Assembly (NCBI GenBank): GCA_951406725.2
Contig: OX597816.1
Coordinates: forward strand, 91,264,001-91,328,000
DNA from: Octopus vulgaris
Lineage: Eukaryota
Direction: 5' to 3'
DNA: 64,000 bases
Under the pieces are notes generated by a model. The model was not told the DNA's origin and did no database searches. It saw only the letters and a list, made by a program, of their open reading frames with translations. The position numbers were made by a program, and so were the translations under genes. This document shows, piece by piece, positions 52,869 through 63,759 of the stretch (within the stretch, counting starts at the first letter, position 1; each line of letters begins with the position of its first letter).

Positions 52869-52908
52869 TCGCTGAAGAGGTCACAAATGTGTGACGAAAG
52901 ATTTCCGA
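52869..52908 (+). ncRNA. Minimal (Penelope-type) hammerhead ribozyme motif
   Basis: tcg-CTGAAGA-g-gtcaca(aatg)tgtgac-GAAA-gatt-TC-cga, followed by an AATAAA-containing AT-rich tail. Confidence 0.6.
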
Positions 52909-53612
52909 AAAATGGACATGAGTTAGAATAATAAAATAAGAATAGTAATAAACGAGTGAAGAAAAATATATATATAGTGAGGGTGTTTATTTACGCATAT
53001 GATATTCGTACATCATAGACGTGTGTGTATGGATGGATAGATTTCGATCGCGTAATCGCGACAAAAATGAACTCAGCGTTATAGAGCAAGGATGTACGGT
53101 AAATTTTTAGGTTAATGTTTACATCTTGACCTGGAAATGAAAATTCAAAAAAAGAAGAAAAAAAATTTGGAATGAGTGTAGGAAACGACTATGAAAAAAA
53201 ATGCGCGCAAAGCAACGGGAGGGTGGGAGAGAGGACTTCGGAAAATTCACAAGATCCGAGCTTTTCCCTCATAACTTTCAGGAAAATGGGTTTTTTCAAT
53301 GAAATTTTATAGAAATACCTTTCAAACGGCATACATTATGACTATAAAGTAATTTGTGGGGAAAATCTTGAGGTGGGGGAGAGGACTTTCGGAAAATTTC
53401 CAAGATCCGAATTTTTCCTCGTTATATTCCGAAATCACATTCAACTTTCTATAGATACCCTAGCGTAGTACTGCTACACTACGTAGTGTTTATTTCTGCC
53501 CACTTTCAATAATTTTTAATGTTTTTGCTTCAGTTTTGTTTCATTTTATCTTCAATTATTTTTACGCTTTTTTAACCCCTCCGTCGTTATTCTCATTCAC
53601 TCGTTATTACTT

Positions 53613-53647
<35 letters not shown>

Positions 53648-53969
53648 TATATATATTTTATATTTTATCTAGTTTCAGCTCACGAGCTGTGGCCATGCTG
53701 GGGCACCGCCAATATACATATATATACATATATATACACACATATATAGACATATATATACACACACACATATATATACACACACACGTATATACACATA
53801 TATACACACACAAATACATACATATATATACACACATACATATACACATATACAGTTATGAGGGAAAAACTTGGATCTTGTGAATTTTCCGAAGTCCTCT
53901 CCCCACCCTTTGGAAAAGATCTTCCCCACAAATTTCTTTATAATCGTAATTGACCAATTTTTATATTAA

Positions 53970-55001
53970 CACCCGCACGATTTTAACTAAGAAAAAAATA
54001 ATCGGATTTTTTGCATGAAATCAGGTACCCTGACTTCCTAATATGCTGCAAATCCCTTATTTTGGTTCAGAAGAAAGGGGGTCCCCCTACCCATCCCGGA
54101 ATCATTGGAATTTTCTTTTTTTTTTTTCGTTGAATGAATTCCTGTGACTTAATATGCTACAAAACCCTTTTGGGGGTCCGAAAAACGGGGTGGGGTGAAG
54201 TGGAAGCCTCAGAAATTCCCCCTCCCCACCCTTATTGATCTTTTCACCCGCACGATTTTCACTAAGGAACAAGAATAATAAAATAAAAATCGCGCCCAAA
54301 CTAATCTGTGTGTGGGCGGAGAAAGATGAACGATTTAAAATAAATAAAAGCGATATAAAAAAATAAATAAGCGATTTAAAATAAATATACCTTCTGTGAG
54401 AAAGTATATATAGGCGTAGGAGTGGATGTGTGGTAAGTAGCTTGCTTACCAACCACATGGTTCCGGGTTCAGTCCCACTGCGTGGCACCTTGGGCAAGTG
54501 TCTTCTACTATAGCCTCGGGCCGACCAAAGCCTTGTGAGTGGGTTTGGTAGACGGAAACTGAAAGAAGCCCGTCGTATATATGTGTGTGCGTTTGTCCTC
54601 CCAACATTGCTTGACAACCGATGCTGGTGTGTTTACGTCCCCATAACTTAGCGGTTCGGCAAAAGAATAGGTCCTGAGGTCGATTTGCTCGACTAATGAC
54701 CGAAACAAGTAAAAGAGTAAAGAGATATATTCTGATGATAAAATATAGTATCTTTCAAAAAATCCTAAATTTATAGACTATATCTTGTGTTTAAGAAAAA
54801 AAAAAACATTTTACAGAAATAATTTTCCAGAGTGTGAATTACATGGTTCGTTATTAAATATAACCATCCCACCTCGCGCCCCCTTTTTTTCCGAACCAAT
54901 TAAGGGATTTGCAGCATATCAAGAGGTCGGGGTACTTGATTCCACGCAACAAAAAAAAAAAAATCCCAGTTTTTTTTTTCTTAGTGAAAATCGTGCAGCT
55001 G
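53970..55001. mobile_element. TTAA-flanked MITE with ~115-bp TIRs (piggyBac-like), containing a SINE insertion
   Basis: TTAA|cacccgcacgattttaactaagaaaaaa...aatatgctgcaaatccctta versus taagggatttgcagcatat...cttagtgaaaatcgtgcagctg|TTAA. Confidence 0.7.
54413..54725 (+). mobile_element. SINE family A, young copy with two small deletions
   Basis: ggcgtaggagtggatgtgtggtaagtagcttgcttaccaaccacatggttccgggttcagtcccactgcgtggcaccttgggcaagtgtctt... tail aaaagagtaaaagag. Confidence 0.9.
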
Positions 55002-57017
55002 TTAACAACTGCACCATTTTTTTCAAAATTTACAGGATGTACTGTGCATGTATAACCTGCTATTGACTCTTCTGCGAGCCTTTACGCATTCATTCTACCT
55101 GTTAGATATTGCAGTTAAATTTCCTTCGAGTTACGCCGTGATGTCTTGCAAAGGAAAGACACATTGCCTAATGTAGTACTAGATACATTCTGTCTGAATT
55201 GATAATAATAAAAAAAATAAAAAAAATGAAGTCTTCGATTACGAGTCCACTTGAGCTGAACTGCCCGATGATTAAACATTTACAGAGTGGACAGTATGTA
55301 AGAAAACATAAGCACCGAGGCTCAGAATTTGAGCAGAGAGGAATGGTAAATTATGGTGTTCATTACAAATGGATGAATGGTATTATTGAATTAAAACAGC
55401 TTTGACTGAGATTTGAAACCGCACCATGGTCTCAACTCAGTATTAGCTGACTTTTTACTTTATTAACGGCATTTGCCACCATACCTTGCTAGAATGCTAT
55501 GACATTTAATCCCTTCTCAAGATAAAAAAATAAAAGTGAAATGAAATAGCTTCAACCGGTAAACAAAGCAATGCTACGTATTTTGCTTTGCCTGTAGCTT
55601 CCCTTATACTTTCTCCCCCGTTTTTCTACATGTATAAGTATATCTTCGCAAGTGTTCTTTCAAATATTTTTTCCAAATTCATTTTAAACATTTGTTTGGG
55701 TTCTGTTGAATTCACTATAATGAATAGTAAACCCTGGTAGGTGACGTGAAGTTTCGCTTTGGAAAAATGTTTTTCCTAAGATGTGAGCAGTACAGACTTA
55801 AGATGTGCTTATTTCCATGACAACACAACATGGTGGACATTCTGTAAGTTTTCGCTGCTCATGTTTTCATTGTTTGTTATTGATTTGGCCAAGATATATA
55901 TTTTGATTTAGTTTTTTTTTTTTCATTATTTATTTCCTGTCTATCATCAAAACAGTTTCGTGTGACATCAAAGCCTAATTAAAACTGCCCGTACTACCAT
56001 ACACTGTTGTTAGCCTCTTCACCAGCCCGTTTTACATTCATCGAAAACAATTGTTTGTCATCGTAAATGTTCTTTACAAGCAAACATAACGATATTTATA
56101 TGTTTACCAACACGCACATATATCTACACATATGCACACAACCACAGACATACATACACACTTACAAAGATAAGTATTTGATATTGTTGATCGACTGTGA
56201 AAATTAGGACATCGAATGAATGAATGAATGAATAACAATATCAGTACTATATATAAAAAAAAGGCATTGTTTAATGTAATTTAATCAATAACGTACATTT
56301 TGAATTCGATTCCTTCCTCATTTGGGTGTATATGTTTGACTTCTGACTTGGATATTAGTTCCTAATTTCGCAGTGCAAATACAAGCTATTGATCATTTGA
56401 TCTAACAGTATATTCGTTAAAAATATTATCGATGCTGTAAAATAAATAAATGAAGTTAAAAATAATAAATAAGTAAATAACGTATTTTTTAAAGTTGAAT
56501 AATGGGTGAAATGAATATGGAATATTGTTTATCTCACTTAACGGTGTTCAGCATTTGCTACCTCACTGCTCTGAGTTCAAATCCTATCGATGTCGATTTT
56601 TAATTTACTCGTTCAGTCTTTATAAAGAAGAATAATTATTATCACTAATAATTTGGGATGGCCTGCTTTGGAAGTTTTCTTCTGCGCTGTGAATATAAGT
56701 TCTTGAGGTAGAATGATTACAATCGGGTTACACAAACCAGTGCAATTCAAATGCAATTCAAATGCACAAAACATGAACTTGTGTGTGTTTGTGTGTGTGT
56801 GTGTGTATGTGTGTGTGTGTGTGCATGCGTTTCCCTATTTCAGTCAGTAGTATAGACCGTTTTAACATTCTGTCGACATTTTGGTGGTATTTTGCTACTG
56901 TATGTCATTGTTGCTTGTATGAATCTGTCGTGAATCAGTACCATCTTAAAGCAGTTGTCCGGGAGTCCTACGGGTCCAGGGGTTCAATGCTGATCTATTC
57001 ATGTTACTGTGTATGTA

Positions 57018-57370
57018 GGATCTTTTCAGTTTGAACGGCAGTTTTTTCTAGCGGTGTCATGAAATTGTCACCCATAATTATGACCCTAGTATCGATCTAT
57101 TGCATTTCAATCTGTTTTAGGGTTAGGGTTAGGGTATCTTTTTTTCTTCACACGCAGACTGTTTTTTACCTCAATACACGTCATTGATTGGTTGAAATTG
57201 CAGAAATTGAAGAAAAAAAAACAACAAATATCTTACAAACTATAGAATTTTCTCAATAAAGCCAAGAGAAAAGGATGTTTTATAAACACATTCTACCATT
57301 ATACGAAGTTTAAAATTTTTTAGCTACCTAGAAATTATGTTAAAAACTGCCATTCAAACCGAAAAGATCC
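57018..57370. mobile_element. Merlin-like MITE with internal (TTAGGG)3
   Basis: ~28-bp TIRs ggatcttttcagtttgaacggcagtttt / aaaactgccattcaaaccgaaaagatcc. GG..CC termini and 8-bp TSD tgtatgta. Confidence 0.75.
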
Positions 57371-57545
57371 TGTATGTATGTATGTGTGTGGCGGTGGGGG
57401 TGGGGGGAGGAGGGGTAGTGCACGGCTTTGCCAGGCCTATAAGTCTGTTAAAATGACCCTACTCTGATTAATGCATATCTACAGATACATATGTATTTTC
57501 TAGACAGTGTAGACTTTAATAATTGCTTTCTTTTAGCAAAAGTTG

Positions 57546-58035
57546 TGGAGGCGCGTGGCTTAGTGGTTAGGGCAGTGATTCCCAAGGTGGGGCGTACGCC
57601 CCACTGGTGGGGCCTGAGAAAATTCAGGTGGGGCGCGGGGCATAGACGTGGGCTGTGAAAATATTTGTACATGACGAGCGGTCATCGCGGGCACAACCTT
57701 AGATTTACATGTACTTGTAAATGTGAGTGGACATGGGAAAAGGTGGGGCGTAAAAACTTTTGCTATGAAAAAGTGGGGCGCCGGGAAAAAAGGTTGGGAA
57801 ACACTGGGTTAGGGTGTCAGCACCATGATCGTATGATTGTGGTTTCGATTCCTGGACCAGGCGACATGTTGTGTTCTTGAGCAAAACACTTCATTTCACG
57901 CTGCTCCAGTCCACTCAGCTGGCAAAAATGAGTAATGCTGTGATGTACTAGCGTCCCATCCAGCTGGGGAACACACACCATAAAAACTGGGAAACTGGAC
58001 CCATGAGCCTGGCTAGGCTTTAAACAGGTGCATTT
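57546..58035 (+). mobile_element. SINE family C interrupted by a hAT MITE
   Basis: ggaggcgcgtggcttagtggttaggg | gtgtcagcac...ggtttcgattcc...gtgttcttgagcaaaacacttcatttcac. Confidence 0.85.
57573..57806. mobile_element. hAT MITE (234 bp)
   Basis: TIRs cagtgattcccaa / ttgggaaacactg, with a perfect 8-bp TSD ggttaggg. Confidence 0.92.
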
Positions 58036-58376
58036 ATTTATTTTTTTTTAGCAAAAAAGTTAAGCTTTTCTTTATTATAGTATAGGTGTAATTAATAAAC
58101 CATTAATATGTTATATATGAACATTGAAAAGATGAAAGGAAAAGTTTATTGTGGAAGAATTCAAACAAAGAATCAGAAGAAACAATTAGTTTATTTATAA
58201 TGGTGGTAGTTTAATAATAAAAGAGAAATTAGAGTTATCTAATTGACCCAGAGATTTAACCTGTTATCATTTATCCATTAAACTGAAAGTTTTGGCTGTT
58301 AATAAATCACTGTTTTGGGGATTTTTTAAATTTTTTGCGTACATTTATTTACCAATGAACCCTATCTATTGTAAGT

Positions 58377-58517
58377 CAGTTATGGGCAAACTGCAGCCCA
58401 CAGAATTTTCTGAATGGCACACCTAACAAAAAATTGCCTTGAATTTATTAATGCTGCCTGCCTGATATAAGCTTTGTCTCATATAATCCACTTTTTAGAA
58501 ATGGTTGCCCATTCTTG
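58377..58517. mobile_element. hAT-like MITE (old)
   Basis: cagttatgggcaa / ttgcccattcttg. TSD decayed. Confidence 0.45.
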
Positions 58518-60155
58518 CTATGGGTGGTCATTTGATTTGCAAGAAATAACAAGAAAATTTCCATCAAATTACACCCATTTTATTTTTTCTTCGTGTGTAT
58601 ATGTGACTTGCTGAATCTAAAGGATGGTGGTAATACCCATAGTCCTCTATGACCTCTGAGCTTGGTGTTCTAAATAGCATTCTGTGTATCTTACTTGAAG
58701 TGACTGTACTGTAGAAAGTCACAAAACCAAAATTGCAATATTCATCTTGAAAAAGTTTCTCATATAGATGTATCATGCTAAAAGGCACAGAAATATATCA
58801 GCGGCAGACAAAAGCATCCAACAGTGGTGGTGGAATTGCTAAATCTAGATTTCTGTTACTTTGTGCATCATCAGAAGCAAGTATCCACTAGCAACTGCAT
58901 GCTTAGACAAATTTCATGTTTACTGATATAGAAAACAGTGATTAACAGACTGCTGGTGTCACAAATAGCTGACAGGCTGGGTAAAAATTCATTATTAGCA
59001 TCAAAAGCAATATTGGTTCAGAATAGTATTCTATATATCTTACTTAATGCAGATATACTGCAGAGATCCACAAAACTGTGGTATTCATTCTGTTACAGGT
59101 CAACACCTGCTAGAAAGTCATGAACAAGGAGAAGATTCCAGAGAGCCAACAGTCTGAAGGAGAAAGATTAGGCATAATGGTTAGTACAAGGATCGGAGAG
59201 AAGAACACAACAAGAGTGATAAGATGTGGAGAAACGAGTAGGCTTGAGATGCTTGACTGGAGGAGGTGTTAGGCCAGCCAGCTCCAAGGAACAGGTTATT
59301 ATAACAGCAATAAAGAAGATTGAGAGGGGGATACAGCTTGCCTGTGGGTCAGCAGCTGGAGTGCCTGTTATTGTTTCAATGACAACCAGTCAAGTGGCCC
59401 TTCTTTGGATAACATAGACTACAGCATACATAAAGACTGGGTGGTTATGGATGAAATACTCTTGATCATATATTAACTCAGTCATGGCTGACCTGGGGTT
59501 AAGTATCTTTATGCAGTGAGATATTTCTAATTCTGTTTATTCAAAGTAAAGAACAAAAAAATTCTCAGGATTTATAATTTAAAATATAATTTTATTGATA
59601 CTAGGGAGTTTATCAAGGTAAATGTAATTACAACACTAGATTGACCAACTATAATTTTCTTCATTAGTTTGTATAAGTTTGCCCAACACTTATAAAATAA
59701 GTACCCATTTTTTGGTTCATTTTGTTTATTTGTATGCCTTAAAAGGAGGTGTACACCTCTTTTTATCACATTCATAATTATCTTAAGGTCATTCTTTCAA
59801 AAAACAGTTGTTAATCCTTAAATTACTCTGTTTATTTTTCTAGATTAGCATTCATTTTTGAATTCTATACTATTTTTTCCAGAAATCATCAATTAAATTA
59901 TAGTCAAACTACTTTGAATGAAATGGCTCCTGATTCCTTACAGGAATTGACTGGAGCAAACGAAAATAAGGCTTTGACTGCTTGGAAAAGGTTAAAAAGT
60001 TCTTTAAGAGTGGCAACGAAAACTTTTGGCTCACGTGGACAAGAACATAGCACCTTAATACATGGTATAAATTTCAAACTGAGGATATCTCACCCTTATA
60101 TCATAACCAGTGCACAGTATCTGCCAACAAGAAATGTAAGTGTTATATATATATA

Positions 60156-60280
60156 CTAGCAGTATAACCCAGCTTTGCCTGGGATTAAGTTAGGATTATT
60201 AAGCTAATCAAGTTCTTTATTTCAAACCAAACTAAATAACATCAACGTCAAATTTGGGCGAAATCCGTTGAAATTGGTTT
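60156..60280 (-). mobile_element. Helitron 3' end (related family)
   Basis: a|ctagcagtataacccagctttgcctggg is the CTAG terminus with a subterminal hairpin on the minus strand, within (TA)n. Confidence 0.6.
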
Positions 60281-60300
60281 ATATATATCTATATATATAT

Positions 60301-60447
60301 GGCGTTAGGAAGGGCATCCAGCCGTAGAAACACTGCCAGATCAGACTGGGCCTGATGCAGCCTTCTGGCTTCACAGACCCCAGTTGAACCGTTCAACCCA
60401 TGCTAGCATGGAAAGCGGACGCTACATGATGATGATGATGATGATGA
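60301..60447 (+). mobile_element. SINE 3' part with (GAT)n tail; related copy on the minus strand at about 63065-63270
   Basis: ggcgttaggaagggcatccagccgtagaaac...catgctagcatggaaagcggacg followed by (tga)n. Confidence 0.75.
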
Positions 60448-60451
60448 TATA

Positions 60452-60935
60452 TCTCTTATTATAAAAGGCAGATTTTATCTGCCTCCCTTTGGGAGTTATA
60501 CAAATCTACAATATAGGATTTCTTCAATTACAATTTACCTGGCATTTTTAACAGTACAATGCATCGCGTCATGCCAGGTCCAGTTTTTAAAATTTAAACT
60601 CCAATTAAGCAAAATTTACAGAAAACTCACATTCTGGTGTGTGTGTCAAATGCTTTTCTTAGTCTGGTTTACAGCACACGCAAACGCACACACACAGTGG
60701 GCAACGAATAAAATGAAAGTAATTGACTTACTGTAGTGAGTGATTCTTTCACTCTGCCTCCCACTTCCTCTTTCAACACATAGACACGCAAATATATAAA
60801 TAAAATTGTAAGCTAATGTGCGTGTGTGTGAGTGGGTGTGTGTGGGTGTGCGCGTGCGTGTGTGTGTGAGGGTGTGTGTGTGTGTGTGTGTGTGCGTGAG
60901 TGTGTGACAGGAAAGTTTTTTACAACGAATATAAC
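60452..60935 (+). mobile_element. Probable Helitron 5' portion
   Basis: A|TCTCTTATTATAAAAGG start is typical of Helitron 5' ends. No 3' CTAG found. Confidence 0.4.
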
Positions 60936-60957
60936 ACCTATATCCGAGTAGCAGAAA

Positions 60958-61437
60958 GATAAGACAGTAAGGTGTGATTTGAGGGAGATTTGGCTGCTAT
61001 TTCTACCATGTCTAGCTGCCATGTAGGGGTCTCCCTCATAGGCTCATACATACATATATACATAGATAAGACAGTAAGGTGTGATTTGGTGGAAATTTGG
61101 CTGCTATTTCTACCAGGTCTAGCTGCCATGTAGGGGTCTCCCTCATAGGCTCATACATACATATATACATAGATAAGACAGTAAGGTGTGATTTGGGGGA
61201 AATTTGGCTGCTATTTCTACCAGGTCTAGCTGCCATGTAGGGGTCTCCCTCATAGGCTCATACATACATATATACATAGATAAGACAGTAAGGTGTGATT
61301 TTGGGGAAATTTGGCTGCTATTTCTACCAGGTCTAGCTACCATGTAGAGGTCCCCCTCATTGGCTCATATATATATACATACATAAGACAGTAAGGTGTG
61401 ATTTGAGGGAGATTTGGCTGCTGTTTCTACCAGGTCT
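60958..61437. repeat. 107-bp minisatellite, about 4.5 copies
   Basis: Unit ataagacagtaaggtgtgatttg.ggga.atttggctgctatttctacca.gtctagctgccatgtaggggtctccctcataggctcatacatacatatatacatag. Confidence 0.97.
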
Positions 61438-61509
61438 GTTAGGCCTTCTCATGTAAACTCAAGCTTTCTCATGCCTTGAACATAAGACCAAAGCAGAGAA
61501 TGTATTCTT

Positions 61510-61720
61510 TTATTCTTCTGCTTTTTCCAGCCATTGGTCTGTGGCCATGCTGGGGCAATGCCTTGAAGAATTGTAGTTTAATGAATCAACTCCAGTTTTA
61601 TTTTTGTAAGCATTGTACTTATTCTATCTGTTTCCTTTGTCAAACCACTAGGTGACAGGGATGTAAACAAACCAACATTCGTTGTCAAGCAGTGGTGGAG
61701 GACAATCACAAGCACAGACA
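61510..61720 (-). mobile_element. SINE family A 3' half (old)
   Basis: gtggccatgctggggc..ccttgaag...gtacttattctatc...gttgtcaagc. Confidence 0.7.
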
Positions 61721-61802
61721 CGCACACACACACACATACATGCATACACATATACACACATACATACATACATACATATATATATATGTGTGTATATATA
61801 TA

Positions 61803-62061
61803 TTGCAGCCTGGAAGGTGTTTGTAAGCCATTTAAGAAACACACAAAAACCGTTACATTCACTTCAACATTTAAATTTAATTTGCCAAAATATTTTCGTC
61901 GCTTTGAGACCGCGACCTGTTCACTGACAAAAATATCGTGCTAACAGGTCGCGGTCTCAAAGCGACGAAAATATTTTGACAAATTAAATTTAAATGTTGA
62001 AGTGAATCTAACGGTTTTTGTGTGTTTCTTAAATGGCTTATAAACACCTTCAACGCTGCAA
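61803..62061. repeat. ~118-bp-arm inverted repeat, probable Penelope-like terminal repeat
   Basis: 61803-61920 is the reverse complement of 61944-62061. The left arm plus spacer carries a hammerhead on the minus strand. Confidence 0.85.
61880..61932 (-). ncRNA. Minimal hammerhead ribozyme with G3:C8 core variant
   Basis: Minus strand: tttgtca-GTGAACA-g-gtcgc(ggtctcaaa)gcgac-GAAA-atat-TT-tggcaaa. Confidence 0.65.
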
Positions 62062-62221
62062 CTGTTTTCGTTCCAGCACACGATCTCAGATCAAGTCACT
62101 TGCTATGCAAGTACATCTCTGTAACTATATATATATTTATATATATATATATGTATATTGGTAAAAACAGTAAGATAACAAAAGAAAGAAAGAGACCTCA
62201 ATATTATGTAAATAGAGGAAA

Positions 62222-62599
62222 TCTTTATATATAAAAGTGAGGTTGTGTGTCTGTCTCCTACGATTTAGATTCCTAACTACTCCCACATTTTGCGGTGCAG
62301 TATCTTATAGTCGTGATTCATATCGAGACCGTCTGGGTATTAGCGCGCGTCTACGATGAGTCTACGATTTAAAAAAAAATTTACCATCAATTTTCCCATT
62401 TTTAATCCATTTTTGACATATATAAGGGAAGTAACTCTCTAAAATTTATTATTAAATCTCAGAACGTAAAAAGCTACAGTAACACCCCTCCCCCTTTGTG
62501 GTTAGCCATATTGAGATGGCTATTATACTTTACATCTCTAAAAATGCTTATATAATTATTTCCCTTACAAACCCGAGCAACGCCGGGCGATACTGCTAG
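62222..62599 (+). mobile_element. Non-autonomous Helitron, subfamily variant
   Basis: A|TCTTTATATATAAAA...cccgagcaacgccggg-cgatactgCTAG|T. Shares both ends with 26018 but has a different middle segment. Confidence 0.9.
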
Positions 62600-63289
62600 T
62601 ATATATATATGTGTGTGTGTGTATATATATATGGGCAACACACACATACATACGTACACCTATTGCATACATGTTTTTTGTATGCATACATGTTTGTGTG
62701 TGTGTGTGAGTGTGTGTGTGTGTGTATTGCCCGTATAGCAACAAAACACTTTTTTCCTCGGAAAAAAAACAACAAAAGTCTTAGCAAAAACTTACTCGGT
62801 GCTAGAAGGGGACTTAACTCCTGTTTGCAAACAATGGTGATTTCTCTGACTTGAAAATTGTTAAAAGTTTTGTTTGAAAATTTATTTTTACTGTTATTCA
62901 CTGGTGCCGCTGGTAAAAATACCTAGTTGATGAAAATACAGCTAGCATCATGACGAATGTCTTCCTAAAATTAGAGCGACATGCGTGCTAATTTGTGGAT
63001 GTGCATAAATTACATTCACGTACAGACACACACACATCCTGCCTTTTATATATATATATATACTGAGTGTCCATTTTCCATGCTGGCACAGATTGGATAG
63101 CTTGACAGGAACTGGCAAGGTCAGGAGCTACACCAGGCCCCATTGTCTGTTTTGATATGGCTTCTACAGCTGGATGCCCTTCCTAATGCCAACCACTCCA
63201 CAGAGTGGACTGGGTGCTTTTTATGTGGCACCATCACCATTGCTTTTGATATGACACCAGCACCCACACCAATGCATTTTATGTGGCAA

Positions 63290-63317
63290 TATGTATGTAT
63301 GTACATATGTATGTGTG

Positions 63318-63367
<50 letters not shown>

Positions 63368-63393
63368 ATATATATATATATATATACATACAT

Positions 63394-63425
<32 letters not shown>

Positions 63426-63664
63426 ATACATATAAATATATATACATATATATATATACATACATATAAATATATATACATATATATATATACATACATA
63501 TAAATATATATACATATATATATACATACATATATATATATATACATATATATATATACATACATATAAATATATATACATATATATATATACATACATA
63601 TAAATATATATACATATATATATATATACATACATATAAATATATATACATATATATATATACA

Positions 63665-63707
<43 letters not shown>

Positions 63708-63753
63708 CATATAAATATATATACATATATATATACATACATATAAATATATA
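63290..63753. repeat. Compound TA/TACA microsatellite with higher-order ~28-32-bp periodicity
   Basis: Repeating tacatacatataaatatatatacatatatata units. Confidence 0.9.
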
Positions 63754-63759
63754 AGCAGA

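Noticed and set aside
57115-57135. (TTAGGG)3 as a telomere or healed break
   Set aside because: Only three units, internal to a TIR-bounded element.
58835-58885. Hammerhead-like CTGATGA...GAAA-tctaga on the minus strand
   Set aside because: Stem II pairs poorly and stem I has a mismatch at the core. The plus strand reads like a decayed LINE RT (ISVTLCIIRSK, later KQYWFR), so the match is probably coincidental.
60958-61437. CRISPR-like array
   Set aside because: Whole 107-bp units repeat with no unique spacers, the context is eukaryotic, and there are no cas genes.
2665-63742. Numerous ORFs rich in YI/HT/CV/MYVC/YLSI repeats
   Set aside because: They are translations of stop-free microsatellites, with no domain content or splice support.
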